Position numbers and translations under genes: made by a program
Origin: Candidatus Omnitrophota bacterium
GTDB taxonomy: Bacteria > Omnitrophota > Gorgyraeia > Gygaellales > Gygaellaceae
Length of the DNA stretch: 64,000 bases
Assembly: GCA_018400015.1 (NCBI GenBank)
Contig: JAGYNB010000002.1
Span: 180,555-244,554, forward strand
Direction of reading: 5' to 3'
Shown: positions 39,526 through 48,526 of the stretch, piece by piece
Position numbering within the stretch: the stretch's first letter is position 1
How the letters are laid out: the number at the start of each line of letters is the position of its first letter
Notes under the pieces: model-generated
What the model was told of the DNA's origin: nothing
The model's input: the letters and a program-made list of their open reading frames with translations, nothing else
Database searches by the model: none

Positions 39526-39875
39526 GAACAATGCTTAAATCAAAATTAAAGAATTTAAAAGTAACCCAGACGGAACTTTTTTATGAAGGTAGTATTACTA
39601 TCGATGAAGCCTTACTGGAAGTAGCTGATATTCTGCCGGGAGAGAAAGTAGAGGTTCTGGATGTGAATAATGGAGTGCGCATTGAGACCTATGCAATCAA
39701 GGGTGAGCGCGACAGCGGCATAGTCTGTATGAACGGCCCCTCAGCAAGGCTCATTTATAAAGGCGATACGATCATGGTTTTAAGCTATGTTCAGCTTGAA
39801 GATGAACAAGCAAGATTACTTAAACCGGTTATTGTCGATATAGATGAACCGAATAGATTAAAAAACCGAAAATAG
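39522..39875 (+). CDS. panD: aspartate 1-decarboxylase (pyruvoyl-dependent)
   Basis: MLKSKLKNLKVTQTELFYEGSITID with the Gly-Ser self-cleavage site; 117 aa. Confidence 0.9.
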   Translation: MRTMLKSKLKNLKVTQTELFYEGSITIDEALLEVADILPGEKVEVLDVNNGVRIETYAIKGERDSGIVCMNGPSARLIYKGDTIMVLSYVQLEDEQARLLKPVIVDIDEPNRLKNRK

Positions 39876-39876
39876 C

Positions 39877-40827
39877 TTGAAAAAAATTCTTATTATACTA
39901 TTAAAGATGGCAATAAGTTTTTCTTTATTGCTATTTTTATTTAATAAAATCGATACCGAAAGCGTATTTGTTCTACTGAAGAGTTTTGATAATTTTGTTG
40001 TCGTAAGTACATTTTTATTATTTTGTTTTGCCTATTTTCTTGCTATTATTCGCTGGTCAATTTTACTTTATATAAGCGAAGTTAGTTTTACCATAAAAAA
40101 AGTTGCCGTAACTTTTTTGGGTTCGCAGTTTTTCAACCTTATTTTTCCTTCTACGATTGGCTCGGACGTAGCCAGAAGCATTGATTTAGGCAAACATTCA
40201 AACAATTTTAAAAAAGTAGCGGTGACTGTATTTTTAGACCGATTAAGCGGATGCATCGGGCTTGTTTTGGTCGCAGTTGTGTCATTATTATTAGGTAAGA
40301 ACATAATCGATAATTTTTATGTACATGTAATAGTTTATTTTTTTGTTATCGGTATTATGTTTATATTGGTTTTGTTGTTCAATAACCGTATATTCGAATT
40401 CTTTTCAAGATTTATTCAAGGTAAAGGCAGATTTTGGGAAAGATTTTTTTTGATTCACAAAGAGATATATTTCTTTAAAAAACATAAAACCTTAATCATT
40501 CTAAATATTGCGATCTCAGTATTGATACAGTTAGTAGTTCCGGTAATGTTTTGGGTTCTTGCCGGCAGTTTATATGACGGTATTTCTATATTTCCTTTTT
40601 TGGTAATTGTTCCAATCGTAACCGTAGTTGTCTCAATTCCTATAACTATTGGCGGTCTGGGCGTAAGAGAATGGGCTATGGTTTTATTTTTGTCCCAATT
40701 AGGTTTAGAAAAAAGCCTATCTGCAAGTCTTTCGCTTTTACAGTTTATATATCTGGTTATCGTTGGGGTTATTGGCGGAATTATCTATGTCCTTACATTT
40801 CATACTAGACGGATACAATATAACTAA
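39877..40827 (+). CDS. flippase-like / lysylphosphatidylglycerol-synthase-TM-region family membrane protein (UPF0104)
   Basis: Eight predicted TM helices; N-terminal KKILIILLKMAISFSLLLFLF typical of the family; TTG start at 39877 (alternative ATG at 39907). Confidence 0.6.
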   Translation: MKKILIILLKMAISFSLLLFLFNKIDTESVFVLLKSFDNFVVVSTFLLFCFAYFLAIIRWSILLYISEVSFTIKKVAVTFLGSQFFNLIFPSTIGSDVARSIDLGKHSNNFKKVAVTVFLDRLSGCIGLVLVAVVSLLLGKNIIDNFYVHVIVYFFVIGIMFILVLLFNNRIFEFFSRFIQGKGRFWERFFLIHKEIYFFKKHKTLIILNIAISVLIQLVVPVMFWVLAGSLYDGISIFPFLVIVPIVTVVVSIPITIGGLGVREWAMVLFLSQLGLEKSLSASLSLLQFIYLVIVGVIGGIIYVLTFHTRRIQYN

Positions 40828-41254
40828 TAAATTCAGGAATAAACCTGCGGTTGATTTGCGTAATTCCAGGTTCGAACTGTATAAATTTATCCATGAAAAC
40901 AATCCTAAAGGATCACAGAATAATAGTCTGACTATTGTATTTGATGGTAAAGTAGATGTCATATCAAATGAAGCTGCCGAAGGGATAAATATAGTTTTCT
41001 CGAAAAATAAAAGCGCCGATAGCGTGATTAAAGAGTTGATTGAAAGTAGTATTCAGCCAAAAAATATTGTTTTGGTTACTGATGATAAAGAGCTGGTTAT
41101 GTTTGCACGGTCAAAAAGAGTAGGAATTATGAGCGTAAAAGAACTTCTTGCAAAGAAAAAGTATCCTTTTTTTAAAAAGAAAATGAGGATATCAGCCGAA
41201 GAAGCATTGAAGATTGATAAAGAGTTGCGTAAGATTTGGCTAAATGAAAAGTAA
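40787..41254 (+). CDS. NYN/YacP-like PIN-domain predicted RNA-binding protein
   Basis: HFILDGYNI...IVFDG...VLVTDDKEL pattern of YacP/NYN ribonuclease-like proteins; ATG 40787 (the track's 40763 is a TTG extension). Confidence 0.6.
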   Translation: MSLHFILDGYNITNKFRNKPAVDLRNSRFELYKFIHENNPKGSQNNSLTIVFDGKVDVISNEAAEGINIVFSKNKSADSVIKELIESSIQPKNIVLVTDDKELVMFARSKRVGIMSVKELLAKKKYPFFKKKMRISAEEALKIDKELRKIWLNEK

Positions 41255-42014
41255 TAACTTTATTAAGTTTTTAGGTACTGCCGGTGCGCGTTTTGTTACC
41301 ATAAATCAACTTCGTGCCTCTGGAGGTATATGGATCAGGTATAAAAATACGAACATATTAGTAGACCCGGGTCCAGGAAGTCTGGTAAGGGTAAAGCAGT
41401 CTTATCCTAAGCTTGATCCTGCTAATCTTGATGCAATAGTCTTAACGCATAGACACTTAGATCATTCAGGAGATTTAAATATTATGACCGAGGCAATGAC
41501 TGAAGGTGCGCGTAAAAAAAGAGGTGTGTTGATAATACCTAAAGACAGCTTAGGCCGTGAACCCGTAGTATTGTCTTTTCTAAGACAGGCTGTTAGAAAA
41601 GTACATTTTTTAAGAGAAAAAGCGAGTTTTAAGATTAAGGATATTCGATTGTCTTCGCCTTGCCGTCTTGATCACAGCGTCGAGAATTATGTCTTAAAGT
41701 TTAATTTTGGTAAAACAAGACTATGTCTGGTAAGCGATACCAAGTTTTTTCCTCACTTGGCAAAGAAAATCAATAAATGCGATATTTTAATAATTAATGT
41801 AGTTTTTTATAATCCTTGTCCTGGAATCAAACACCTTGATTATTTTTCAGCATTAAAGCTTATTGAGCAGGTTAGGCCTAAGAAAGCGATTATCACCCAT
41901 TTTGGGATACCGATGTTAAGGAAAAATCCCAAACGACTTGCAAAACTAGCTAAACTTAAGTTAAAAATCGACGTTTTGGCAGCTGAAGATTCGATGTTGG
42001 TAGCGATTAAATAG
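41244..42014 (+). CDS. MBL-fold metallo-hydrolase
   Basis: THRHLDHSGD (HxHxDH) motif, beta-lactamase-fold order of motifs; 256 aa. Confidence 0.75.
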   Translation: MKSNNFIKFLGTAGARFVTINQLRASGGIWIRYKNTNILVDPGPGSLVRVKQSYPKLDPANLDAIVLTHRHLDHSGDLNIMTEAMTEGARKKRGVLIIPKDSLGREPVVLSFLRQAVRKVHFLREKASFKIKDIRLSSPCRLDHSVENYVLKFNFGKTRLCLVSDTKFFPHLAKKINKCDILIINVVFYNPCPGIKHLDYFSALKLIEQVRPKKAIITHFGIPMLRKNPKRLAKLAKLKLKIDVLAAEDSMLVAIK

Positions 42015-42015
42015 G

Positions 42016-42044
42016 TTGACAGTTTATAAAGCCTTTTTTATAAT
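42016..42044 (+). promoter_or_regulatory. consensus sigma70 promoter (TTGACA-17-TATAAT)
   Basis: TTGACA 42016-42021, 17-nt spacer, TATAAT 42039-42044; AAGGAGG RBS and ATG 42069 downstream. Confidence 0.65.
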
Positions 42045-42068
42045 AAACATAGGAAAAAGGAGGTGTAT

Positions 42069-42737
42069 ATGTCAATTTTTATAGAACCTGCAAAAACAGT
42101 GCTTTTACAAATTGGCGCTTTTTTGCCAAAGCTGATTGCTGCGATTATTGTTTTTGTTGTTGGTTGGCTTTTGGCAAAAGTGATCAGAGAGCTTATGAAA
42201 AGATTCTTAAAAATCATTAAGCTTGAACAGCTTGCGGATAACGTAGGGATTAACCAGTTTTTAACTAAAGGCGGGATAAAGTATTCTTTTTGTGAATTGT
42301 TAGGATTTTTGGTGTATTGGTTGGTTGTTTTAGTTGTTTTGGTAGTTGCAGTGGATATTTTAGGCCTTACTGTAGCAGGGAACATAATTGAAAAGGTTGT
42401 TTCCTATATACCTAATGTTATTGCAGCTTTATTTATTTTGATTTTAGGTATTTTTGCATCGAGTTTTTCCGGTTCTACCATAACGGCGGCTTTGACTAAT
42501 GCTGGTATAGAGCAAGCTAGACTTTTGGGTAAGGTTGCCGAGATAATCATAATTGTTTTTACGATTTTCGTTGCTATTGAGCAACTTGGAATTGCCGGTC
42601 AGGTTATTGTCTTGGCAATAACGATTACCTTTGCATCCATTGGTTTGGCAGTGGGCCTTGCTTTTGGAATAGGCTGCAAGGATATTGCCGCTGATTTTTT
42701 GAAGAATTTTCTAGCTAAAATAAAGTCTAAGAAATAA
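42069..42737 (+). CDS. membrane protein with two conserved-TM-helix repeats (MscS N-terminal-like)
   Basis: Two repeats of a TM helix followed by an amphipathic segment (IIVFVVGWLLAKVIRELMKRF / VAEIIIIVFTIFVAIEQLGIAGQ), resembling the TM_helix repeat found N-terminal to MscS channels. Confidence 0.5.
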   Translation: MSIFIEPAKTVLLQIGAFLPKLIAAIIVFVVGWLLAKVIRELMKRFLKIIKLEQLADNVGINQFLTKGGIKYSFCELLGFLVYWLVVLVVLVVAVDILGLTVAGNIIEKVVSYIPNVIAALFILILGIFASSFSGSTITAALTNAGIEQARLLGKVAEIIIIVFTIFVAIEQLGIAGQVIVLAITITFASIGLAVGLAFGIGCKDIAADFLKNFLAKIKSKK

Positions 42738-42743
42738 TTTTTA

Positions 42744-43142
42744 ATGTACAAGATTTTAATTGCCGACGATGAGCCTGATGTAGTTAATAGTTTAAGCAAA
42801 AGGCTTAAAAGGGATGGTTTTATTGTTTCAACTGCCAGAGACGGCCAGGAAGCACTTGAGTTAGCTCTGGCAGTTGATACACCTGATATTTTGGTTTTGG
42901 ATATTCAGATGCCCAAAAAAAACGGTTTTGAGGTTTTAAGAGAACTTCGCGAAAATAACCTCAAAACTGATATATGGCAGCCGGTAATAATACTCTCAGC
43001 AAAAAGTGATTTTGACGATATTAAAAAGGGTTATGATTTAGAAGCTGATTTTTATCTTACCAAGCCGTTTAGTTATCAACAGTTATTAAAAGGAATAGAG
43101 ACGATGATTACGCTTCTATCCGTTAAAAGGATTCAGAAATGA
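42744..43142 (+). CDS. stand-alone response regulator receiver (CheY-like)
   Basis: ILIADDEPDV (DD pair), phospho-acceptor Asp in LVLDIQMP, T/S and K positions (ILSAKSD...KPF); 132 aa, no output domain. Confidence 0.8.
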   Translation: MYKILIADDEPDVVNSLSKRLKRDGFIVSTARDGQEALELALAVDTPDILVLDIQMPKKNGFEVLRELRENNLKTDIWQPVIILSAKSDFDDIKKGYDLEADFYLTKPFSYQQLLKGIETMITLLSVKRIQK

Positions 43143-43795
43143 TCGCACTTTTTATAACAGTATTTATTTTTATACTTCTTGCCGTGATAGTTGAGGTGGC
43201 AACGACTGCTTTGCGTATGACCGGTCTAGATATTCGTACAGCTAGATTTCAGGCAATGTCTGCTTTAACCGGAACCGGTTTTACCACCAAAGAGAGTGAG
43301 CTTATTACAGATGATAGACAGCGCAGAATCATCGTGATGAGTTTAATGATAATCGGGCCCATTGGTTTTGTTACGATTCTTACTTCAATTTTATTGTCTG
43401 CGAGAGAACATGTTATGCTTTATCAACTTCTCGCTTTGGCAATACTTGCTTTTTTGCTGTTGAAACTATCCAAAAGCCGTAAGCTGATGAGTATTTTTCA
43501 TAAGGCGATAGAGGCTAGTCTGAAGAAACGTCATTATCCTAGAAAAATCGTTCTGGAAGAGGTCCTGCAGCTTGATGAGAATTTTGGTGTATGCGAGATA
43601 AAAGTCGATAAGCATTCAAAGATAGCCGATAAGACTTTAGCGCAAAGCGACATAAAAGAAAAGGGTTTTATTGTTTTGGCGATTCAAAGAGGTGAAGAAT
43701 TAATTAGTGTTCCGCACGCAAACGATAAGATTCTTATTGATGATATTTTAGTTATTTTTGGAAATCTTAAGCATTTAAGAGACTTTGCGAGGTAG
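43139..43795 (+). CDS. ion-channel-like membrane protein with C-terminal TrkA-C (RCK_C) domain
   Basis: Two TM helices flanking a pore-loop-like MSALTGTGFTT segment; C-terminal TrkA_C-like domain (VCEIKVDKHSKIADKTLAQSDIKEKGFIVLAIQRGEE). Confidence 0.5.
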   Translation: MIALFITVFIFILLAVIVEVATTALRMTGLDIRTARFQAMSALTGTGFTTKESELITDDRQRRIIVMSLMIIGPIGFVTILTSILLSAREHVMLYQLLALAILAFLLLKLSKSRKLMSIFHKAIEASLKKRHYPRKIVLEEVLQLDENFGVCEIKVDKHSKIADKTLAQSDIKEKGFIVLAIQRGEELISVPHANDKILIDDILVIFGNLKHLRDFAR

Positions 43796-43801
43796 CATCA
43801 A

Positions 43802-44197
43802 TTGAAACTTTATTTAATTGTTATAATTGGAGTTTTTGGTTTGTTTTTGTTGTTTAACGGCTGCAGGAAGAAAACTGTTGTTGAGACATTTGAGTCTCCA
43901 TATGAATTGATAGACGAGATGGAGTCTTTAAATCTTCTGGAATCTGAAAATCAGAATCAAATTGTTACTGCGGCATATGAGCCTTCGCCGCAGATTGAAC
44001 AAGATTTTGATTTAGAAGCAAAGCAGATCCAGACAGCTTTAAAAGAAGCCGGATTTTATCATGGTAATATCGATGGTAAGATCGGTCCGAAATCAACGCA
44101 GGCAGTGAAGGATTTTCAGGCAGCGAACGATTTGAAAGTCGATGGCGTTATTGGTAATAATACCAAAGAAGCCCTTCGAAGATATTTGCCGCAGTAG
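43802..44197 (+). CDS. lipoprotein with C-terminal peptidoglycan-binding domain (PG_binding_1)
   Basis: Signal peptide with lipobox LFNGC; C-terminal LKEAGFYHGNIDGKIGPKSTQAVKDFQAANDLKVDGVIGNNT PG-binding repeat; TTG start. Confidence 0.65.
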   Translation: MKLYLIVIIGVFGLFLLFNGCRKKTVVETFESPYELIDEMESLNLLESENQNQIVTAAYEPSPQIEQDFDLEAKQIQTALKEAGFYHGNIDGKIGPKSTQAVKDFQAANDLKVDGVIGNNTKEALRRYLPQ

Positions 44198-44220
44198 TCT
44201 TAAAACTTTTTTATAAACAG

Positions 44221-45015
44221 ATGAAGAAAAAAATAACCGATATTATTATTCATATCGGAAAATATATTCTTGGTATAGTTCAGGAAACCGGTTCAATTTT
44301 AATGTTTTTGATCAAGGTTTTTAGTTTTATTGCCAAAGGTAAGGTAAGGTTTTTTGATGTGTTAAGGCAGATTTACGAACAGGGTTTTGAGTCTATAGTT
44401 ATAGTCTCTATTACTTCACTTACCACGGGTATGGTTTTAGGCCTTCAAGGTTACTTTGCGCTTGTGCGTTTTGGCGCCAAGGAGTTCGTTGCAGCTTTGG
44501 TGGCGATTTCGCTTTTAAGAGAATTGAGCCCTGTGTTGACTTCTATTGTTTTCTCTGGTAAGGTTGGTGCGAAGATAACTTCAGAGCTTAGTACGATGAA
44601 CGTTTCCGAACAGATCTTGGCGACCCGTACCATGGGAGTTGATCCTTTGGAATATTTTGTTGTTTCAAGGATTATTGCTTGTGTTATAGTTTTGCCTATT
44701 CTGGTTGTGATCTCAGGCGTAATAGGTATATTCGGAGGTTACTTGGCAGTTTCCTGGGAAGGCGCGACCAATGCTATTTATTATTTTCATAACACGTTAG
44801 ATATAGTCGCATTAAGAGATTTTTTAAGCGGGATTATAAAGGCGTTTGTTTTTTCAGTGATAATCGGAATTATCTGTTGCTATCAAGGCTTTAAGGCAGA
44901 AGGAGGCTCTTTAGGTGTAGGAAAATTCACTACAAAGGCAGTCGCCTATTGTTATATTATGATAATTGTATTTAATTTTGTACTGACGAAAATTCTTTTA
45001 AGGCTGGGATTTTAA
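44221..45015 (+). CDS. mlaE: ABC transporter permease MlaE
   Basis: MlaE/YrbE family profile (FFDVLRQIYEQGFESIVIVSITSLTTGMVLGLQGY), six TM helices. Confidence 0.8.
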   Translation: MKKKITDIIIHIGKYILGIVQETGSILMFLIKVFSFIAKGKVRFFDVLRQIYEQGFESIVIVSITSLTTGMVLGLQGYFALVRFGAKEFVAALVAISLLRELSPVLTSIVFSGKVGAKITSELSTMNVSEQILATRTMGVDPLEYFVVSRIIACVIVLPILVVISGVIGIFGGYLAVSWEGATNAIYYFHNTLDIVALRDFLSGIIKAFVFSVIIGIICCYQGFKAEGGSLGVGKFTTKAVAYCYIMIIVFNFVLTKILLRLGF

Positions 45016-45030
45016 AAAGGAGATTTCAAA

Positions 45031-45351
45031 ATGTTCAGAAAAATTATTTATTTTGTAGTATTCTTATCAATTGCTTTTTCAATAGGATGTAGTCTTAACG
45101 GCGGGCTTATAAGTTATTATCATGTGAATGAAGCTTCATGGATAAGAAATGGAGAGCCGATTGAATTTGAAGGGCAGCTTTGGTATCCTTCAGATAATGT
45201 GGAAAACCTTTTGCAGAAAGAAATGCTTCCTATGGGAACATATAAGGGAGTGCAGTTTTTTACAGAACGTAAAGACATACGTCCGTTTAGGTACCTTTAT
45301 ACTAAATTTGGTGAAAACCAGTTTAGGACATACGAGCAGAACAATGATTGA
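45031..45351 (+). CDS. small lipoprotein (hypothetical) between mlaE and mlaF
   Basis: Strong RBS AAAGGAG, signal peptide with lipobox FSIGC; 106 aa; 3' end overlaps the mlaF start. Confidence 0.5.
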   Translation: MFRKIIYFVVFLSIAFSIGCSLNGGLISYYHVNEASWIRNGEPIEFEGQLWYPSDNVENLLQKEMLPMGTYKGVQFFTERKDIRPFRYLYTKFGENQFRTYEQNND

Positions 45352-46093
45352 GACGGTTGCATTAAATAAATCATTTAATGGCGTTGAGGTTTTAAAGGAT
45401 ATAAATGTCATCTTCAAAGCCAATGAGATTACCTGTATCTTAGGCGAAAGCGGAAGCGGTAAAAGCGTATTCTTGCAGACCTTGGCAGCTTTGCATGAAC
45501 CTGATTCGGGCAAAATATTTATCAATAAAGAGAACATCCTGCAGAAAAGCGAGGAGGAGTTGCTCGAATTAAGGAAGAAGATTGGGTATCTTTTTCAGTC
45601 AAGTGCGCTTTTCGATTTTATGAATATATATGATAATCTGGCTTTTCCTTTGAGAGAGAATACAGCGCTTTCTGAAAGCGAGATTTCTAAAAAAATTAAG
45701 GAAATTTTACAAGAAGTGAATCTTTCCGGGGTGGAAGAAAAGTTTCCTAATGAATTATCTGGCGGAATGCAGAAAAGGGCATCTTTGGCGAGGTCTGTAA
45801 TCTTACAGCCGCAGTTTTTGTTTTGTGATGAGCCTACTTCAGGGCTTGACCCTGAACATGCGCGAATAATCGCGCGTTTGATTGCCAAGATTTCTAAGGT
45901 TTATAAGGCTACGACAATTATAACCAGTCATGATATTCCTAATTCTTTGGCTATTGCCGACAGGATTGTTTTTATTTTCGACGGTCAGTTTACAGAGGTG
46001 GGCGCTCCCAGTAATTTAATAGAAAATCAAGATAGGCGCATTAACAGTTTTTTAGGTCCTTATGCGGAGGTTAAAAAATGCATGATAGAATAA
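45344..46093 (+). CDS. mlaF: ABC transporter ATP-binding protein MlaF
   Basis: Walker A GESGSGKS, ABC signature LSGGMQKR, Walker B FLFCDEPTSGLD; ATG 45344 (the track's 45149 start is a spurious upstream extension overlapping the lipoprotein ORF). Confidence 0.85.
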   Translation: MIETVALNKSFNGVEVLKDINVIFKANEITCILGESGSGKSVFLQTLAALHEPDSGKIFINKENILQKSEEELLELRKKIGYLFQSSALFDFMNIYDNLAFPLRENTALSESEISKKIKEILQEVNLSGVEEKFPNELSGGMQKRASLARSVILQPQFLFCDEPTSGLDPEHARIIARLIAKISKVYKATTIITSHDIPNSLAIADRIVFIFDGQFTEVGAPSNLIENQDRRINSFLGPYAEVKKCMIE

Positions 46094-46671
46094 AAGAATT
46101 TATTGCCGGTTTATTTTTTGTCTTTGGCGTTGTAGTTTTTTTGATTACTTTTTTTATTATCGGCAATGACAAAGGAATTACTTCTCTAAAATTCAAGAAA
46201 AAGGTGATTTTTTCCGATGTCGGCGGTTTAAGTATCGGTGCTCCTGTACGCATTTCAGGGGTTAATGTTGGAATTGTCGAATCGGTAGATTTTACCAAAG
46301 ATGAGATAATAAAGAATAAGAATATTGTTGTTGTTTTAAGTATTCTTTCTAAATATAGCCCGCAGCTTAAAGGATGTCTGGACTATTCTATTCGTACAGA
46401 GGGTGTTTTAGGCGGTAAGCTTATCGAGATTAAGCCGTCTAAAAGTTATCAGAACTGCCAGGAGGCTGAATTTGCCATTGGGGAAGATCCTTTGGATATT
46501 CAGGATTTGACGGTTTCGTTTGATAATACGGCAAAATCTCTGACTAGTCTTTCCCAGAAAATAGAGGATTACTTAAAACAGCTTAGTAAAATTTCATTCA
46601 CCATAAAAAGGACTATCGATAGATTAGAAAAACGTATTATCGAAGGTACCTTATTTAACATTTTTAAATAA
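46078..46671 (+). CDS. mlaD: MCE-domain protein MlaD
   Basis: N-terminal TM anchor then MCE domain (GAPVRISGVNVGIVESV); 197 aa. Confidence 0.75.
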   Translation: MHDRIKEFIAGLFFVFGVVVFLITFFIIGNDKGITSLKFKKKVIFSDVGGLSIGAPVRISGVNVGIVESVDFTKDEIIKNKNIVVVLSILSKYSPQLKGCLDYSIRTEGVLGGKLIEIKPSKSYQNCQEAEFAIGEDPLDIQDLTVSFDNTAKSLTSLSQKIEDYLKQLSKISFTIKRTIDRLEKRIIEGTLFNIFK

Positions 46672-46676
46672 TAAAA

Positions 46677-48521
46677 GTGAAACACCTCGAAAGACAACTA
46701 AGCCTTTTGGATGTTTTTTGCGTTGCCACCGGGGCAATGATCAGTTCCGGAATATTCATATTACCCGGACTTGCCTTTGCTAAGGCAGGGCCGGCTGTAA
46801 TCTTATCTTATATTTTGGCAGCTTTGATTTGTATTCCTACGCTTTTTTCTCAGGCTGAGCTTACCACTGCCATGCCTAAAGCAGGAGGAGATTATTTTTA
46901 TATTATGCGCGGCTTTGGTCCGTTATTAGGGACAGTTGCCGGTTTTAGTTCCTGGTTTGCCTTAAGTTTTAAAGGGGCGTTTGCGCTTTTGGGTATGGGT
47001 GCTTTTTTAAGCATGTTTAGTCCGCTGCCGTTACATATTGTTGCTTTAATTCTTTGTGTGTTTTTTGTAATTATTAACCTACTGGGGGTAAAATTCGCCG
47101 GTAAATTTCAAGTTTATCTGGTTATTTGGCTTTTGGCAATACTTGTTATTTATATTATTTTTGGCGTTCAAAGAGTAAATGTAAGTAATTTTAATCCTTT
47201 TTTTGCCAAAGGTTATGCGAGCGTATTTGCCACAGCGAGTTTTGTGTTTATTTCATACGGGGGTCTTACTAAAGTTGCTTCGCTTGCAGAAGAGGTGCAT
47301 GATCCAGGCAGGAATTTGCCTTTAGGGATGTTTTTATCTTTAGCGGTCACTACAATTATTTATGCTTTAGCAGTATTCGTTACTATCGGAATTATGAATC
47401 CTGAAATTTTAAAGTCTACATTAACTCCGATTAGCGATGCTTCAGCAATTTTAGGAGGCAGTGTTTTTAAAATATTGGTAAGCGTTGCAGCGTTTTTTGC
47501 ATTTATTTCTACGGCCAATGCTGCAATTATGTCAGCATCTCGTTATCCCCTGAGCATGAGTAGAGACAAGATCCTGCCGGAATTATTCCAGAAGGTCCAC
47601 AGAAGATTTAATACGCCTCACGTATCTATTATTCTTACGGGCGTTTTTATGATTACAGTTATTGCTTTCTTAAGGCTTGAATCTTTGGTAAAGGTGGCTT
47701 CAAGCATTTTGATCATTCTTTATATCCTGGCGAATTTTTCCGTGATTTTATTCAGAGAAAGCAGAATCCAGAGTTACAGGCCAAAGTTTATTTCACCAAT
47801 GTATCCGGTTATTCAGATAACCGGCATTTTAGCCGGATTATTTTTATTGATTGAAATGGGCAGTTTTATCATATTTTTGACGCTTATTATTTTAGGTCTT
47901 GAAATATTTTGGTACGGCGTTTATTCAAAAAAACACACATCGCGCGATTCAGCGCTGATATATTTATTGGAAAGGCTTGTGGCACAGGATAAGGGTTTGG
48001 TGTCGGATAATCTTCTTACGGAATTAAAGGATATTGTTATAAAGCGTGACGATATTATCGAAGATAAGATTCATAAAGTTATCGATAACAGTATTGTTTT
48101 GGATATAAATGATCCCTTGTTGATGGAGAGTTTTTTCGCTTTCGTGTCGCATAAGCTCAGCGTGCAATTAAACATAAATGAAAATATCTTAAATGACAAG
48201 TTTTTAGAGCGCGAGAAAGCCTCGAGTACGCTTTTGGCTCCCAGGCTGGCCATACCGCATATAATCGTTGAAGGAGAAAATATTTTTCAGCTTGTTATCG
48301 TAAGATCTGCTCCGGGAGTAATTTTTCCAGAGGATAAACTGGCCCATATGGTTTTTGTGATAGTTGCCTCAGACGATTTGCGCAATCTTCATTTAAAGAT
48401 GCTTGCGGCAATTGCTCAAATTACACAGAATAAAGATTTTGACCAGAATTGGATGTCTGCAAAAAATATTGATGAATTAAGAAATCTAGTGCTGCTAGCA
48501 GAGCGGAAAAGGAGTCATTAG
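46677..48521 (+). CDS. APC-family amino acid permease fused to a C-terminal PTS EIIA(Ntr)-type domain
   Basis: About 430 aa of 12-TM APC permease (LSLLDVFCVATGAMISSGIF) followed by a roughly 150-aa PTS_EIIA_2-like domain (AIPHIIVEGENIFQLVIVRS...HMVFVIVAS); GTG start. Confidence 0.7.
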   Translation: MKHLERQLSLLDVFCVATGAMISSGIFILPGLAFAKAGPAVILSYILAALICIPTLFSQAELTTAMPKAGGDYFYIMRGFGPLLGTVAGFSSWFALSFKGAFALLGMGAFLSMFSPLPLHIVALILCVFFVIINLLGVKFAGKFQVYLVIWLLAILVIYIIFGVQRVNVSNFNPFFAKGYASVFATASFVFISYGGLTKVASLAEEVHDPGRNLPLGMFLSLAVTTIIYALAVFVTIGIMNPEILKSTLTPISDASAILGGSVFKILVSVAAFFAFISTANAAIMSASRYPLSMSRDKILPELFQKVHRRFNTPHVSIILTGVFMITVIAFLRLESLVKVASSILIILYILANFSVILFRESRIQSYRPKFISPMYPVIQITGILAGLFLLIEMGSFIIFLTLIILGLEIFWYGVYSKKHTSRDSALIYLLERLVAQDKGLVSDNLLTELKDIVIKRDDIIEDKIHKVIDNSIVLDINDPLLMESFFAFVSHKLSVQLNINENILNDKFLEREKASSTLLAPRLAIPHIIVEGENIFQLVIVRSAPGVIFPEDKLAHMVFVIVASDDLRNLHLKMLAAIAQITQNKDFDQNWMSAKNIDELRNLVLLAERKRSH

Positions 48522-48526
48522 TATAA

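Noticed and set aside
45149-45343. Long upstream extension of the mlaF ORF (track start 45149)
   Set aside because: The ABC ATPase domain begins at MIETVALNKSF (ATG 45344). The extension overlaps the RBS-equipped lipoprotein ORF in another frame and has no conserved sequence.
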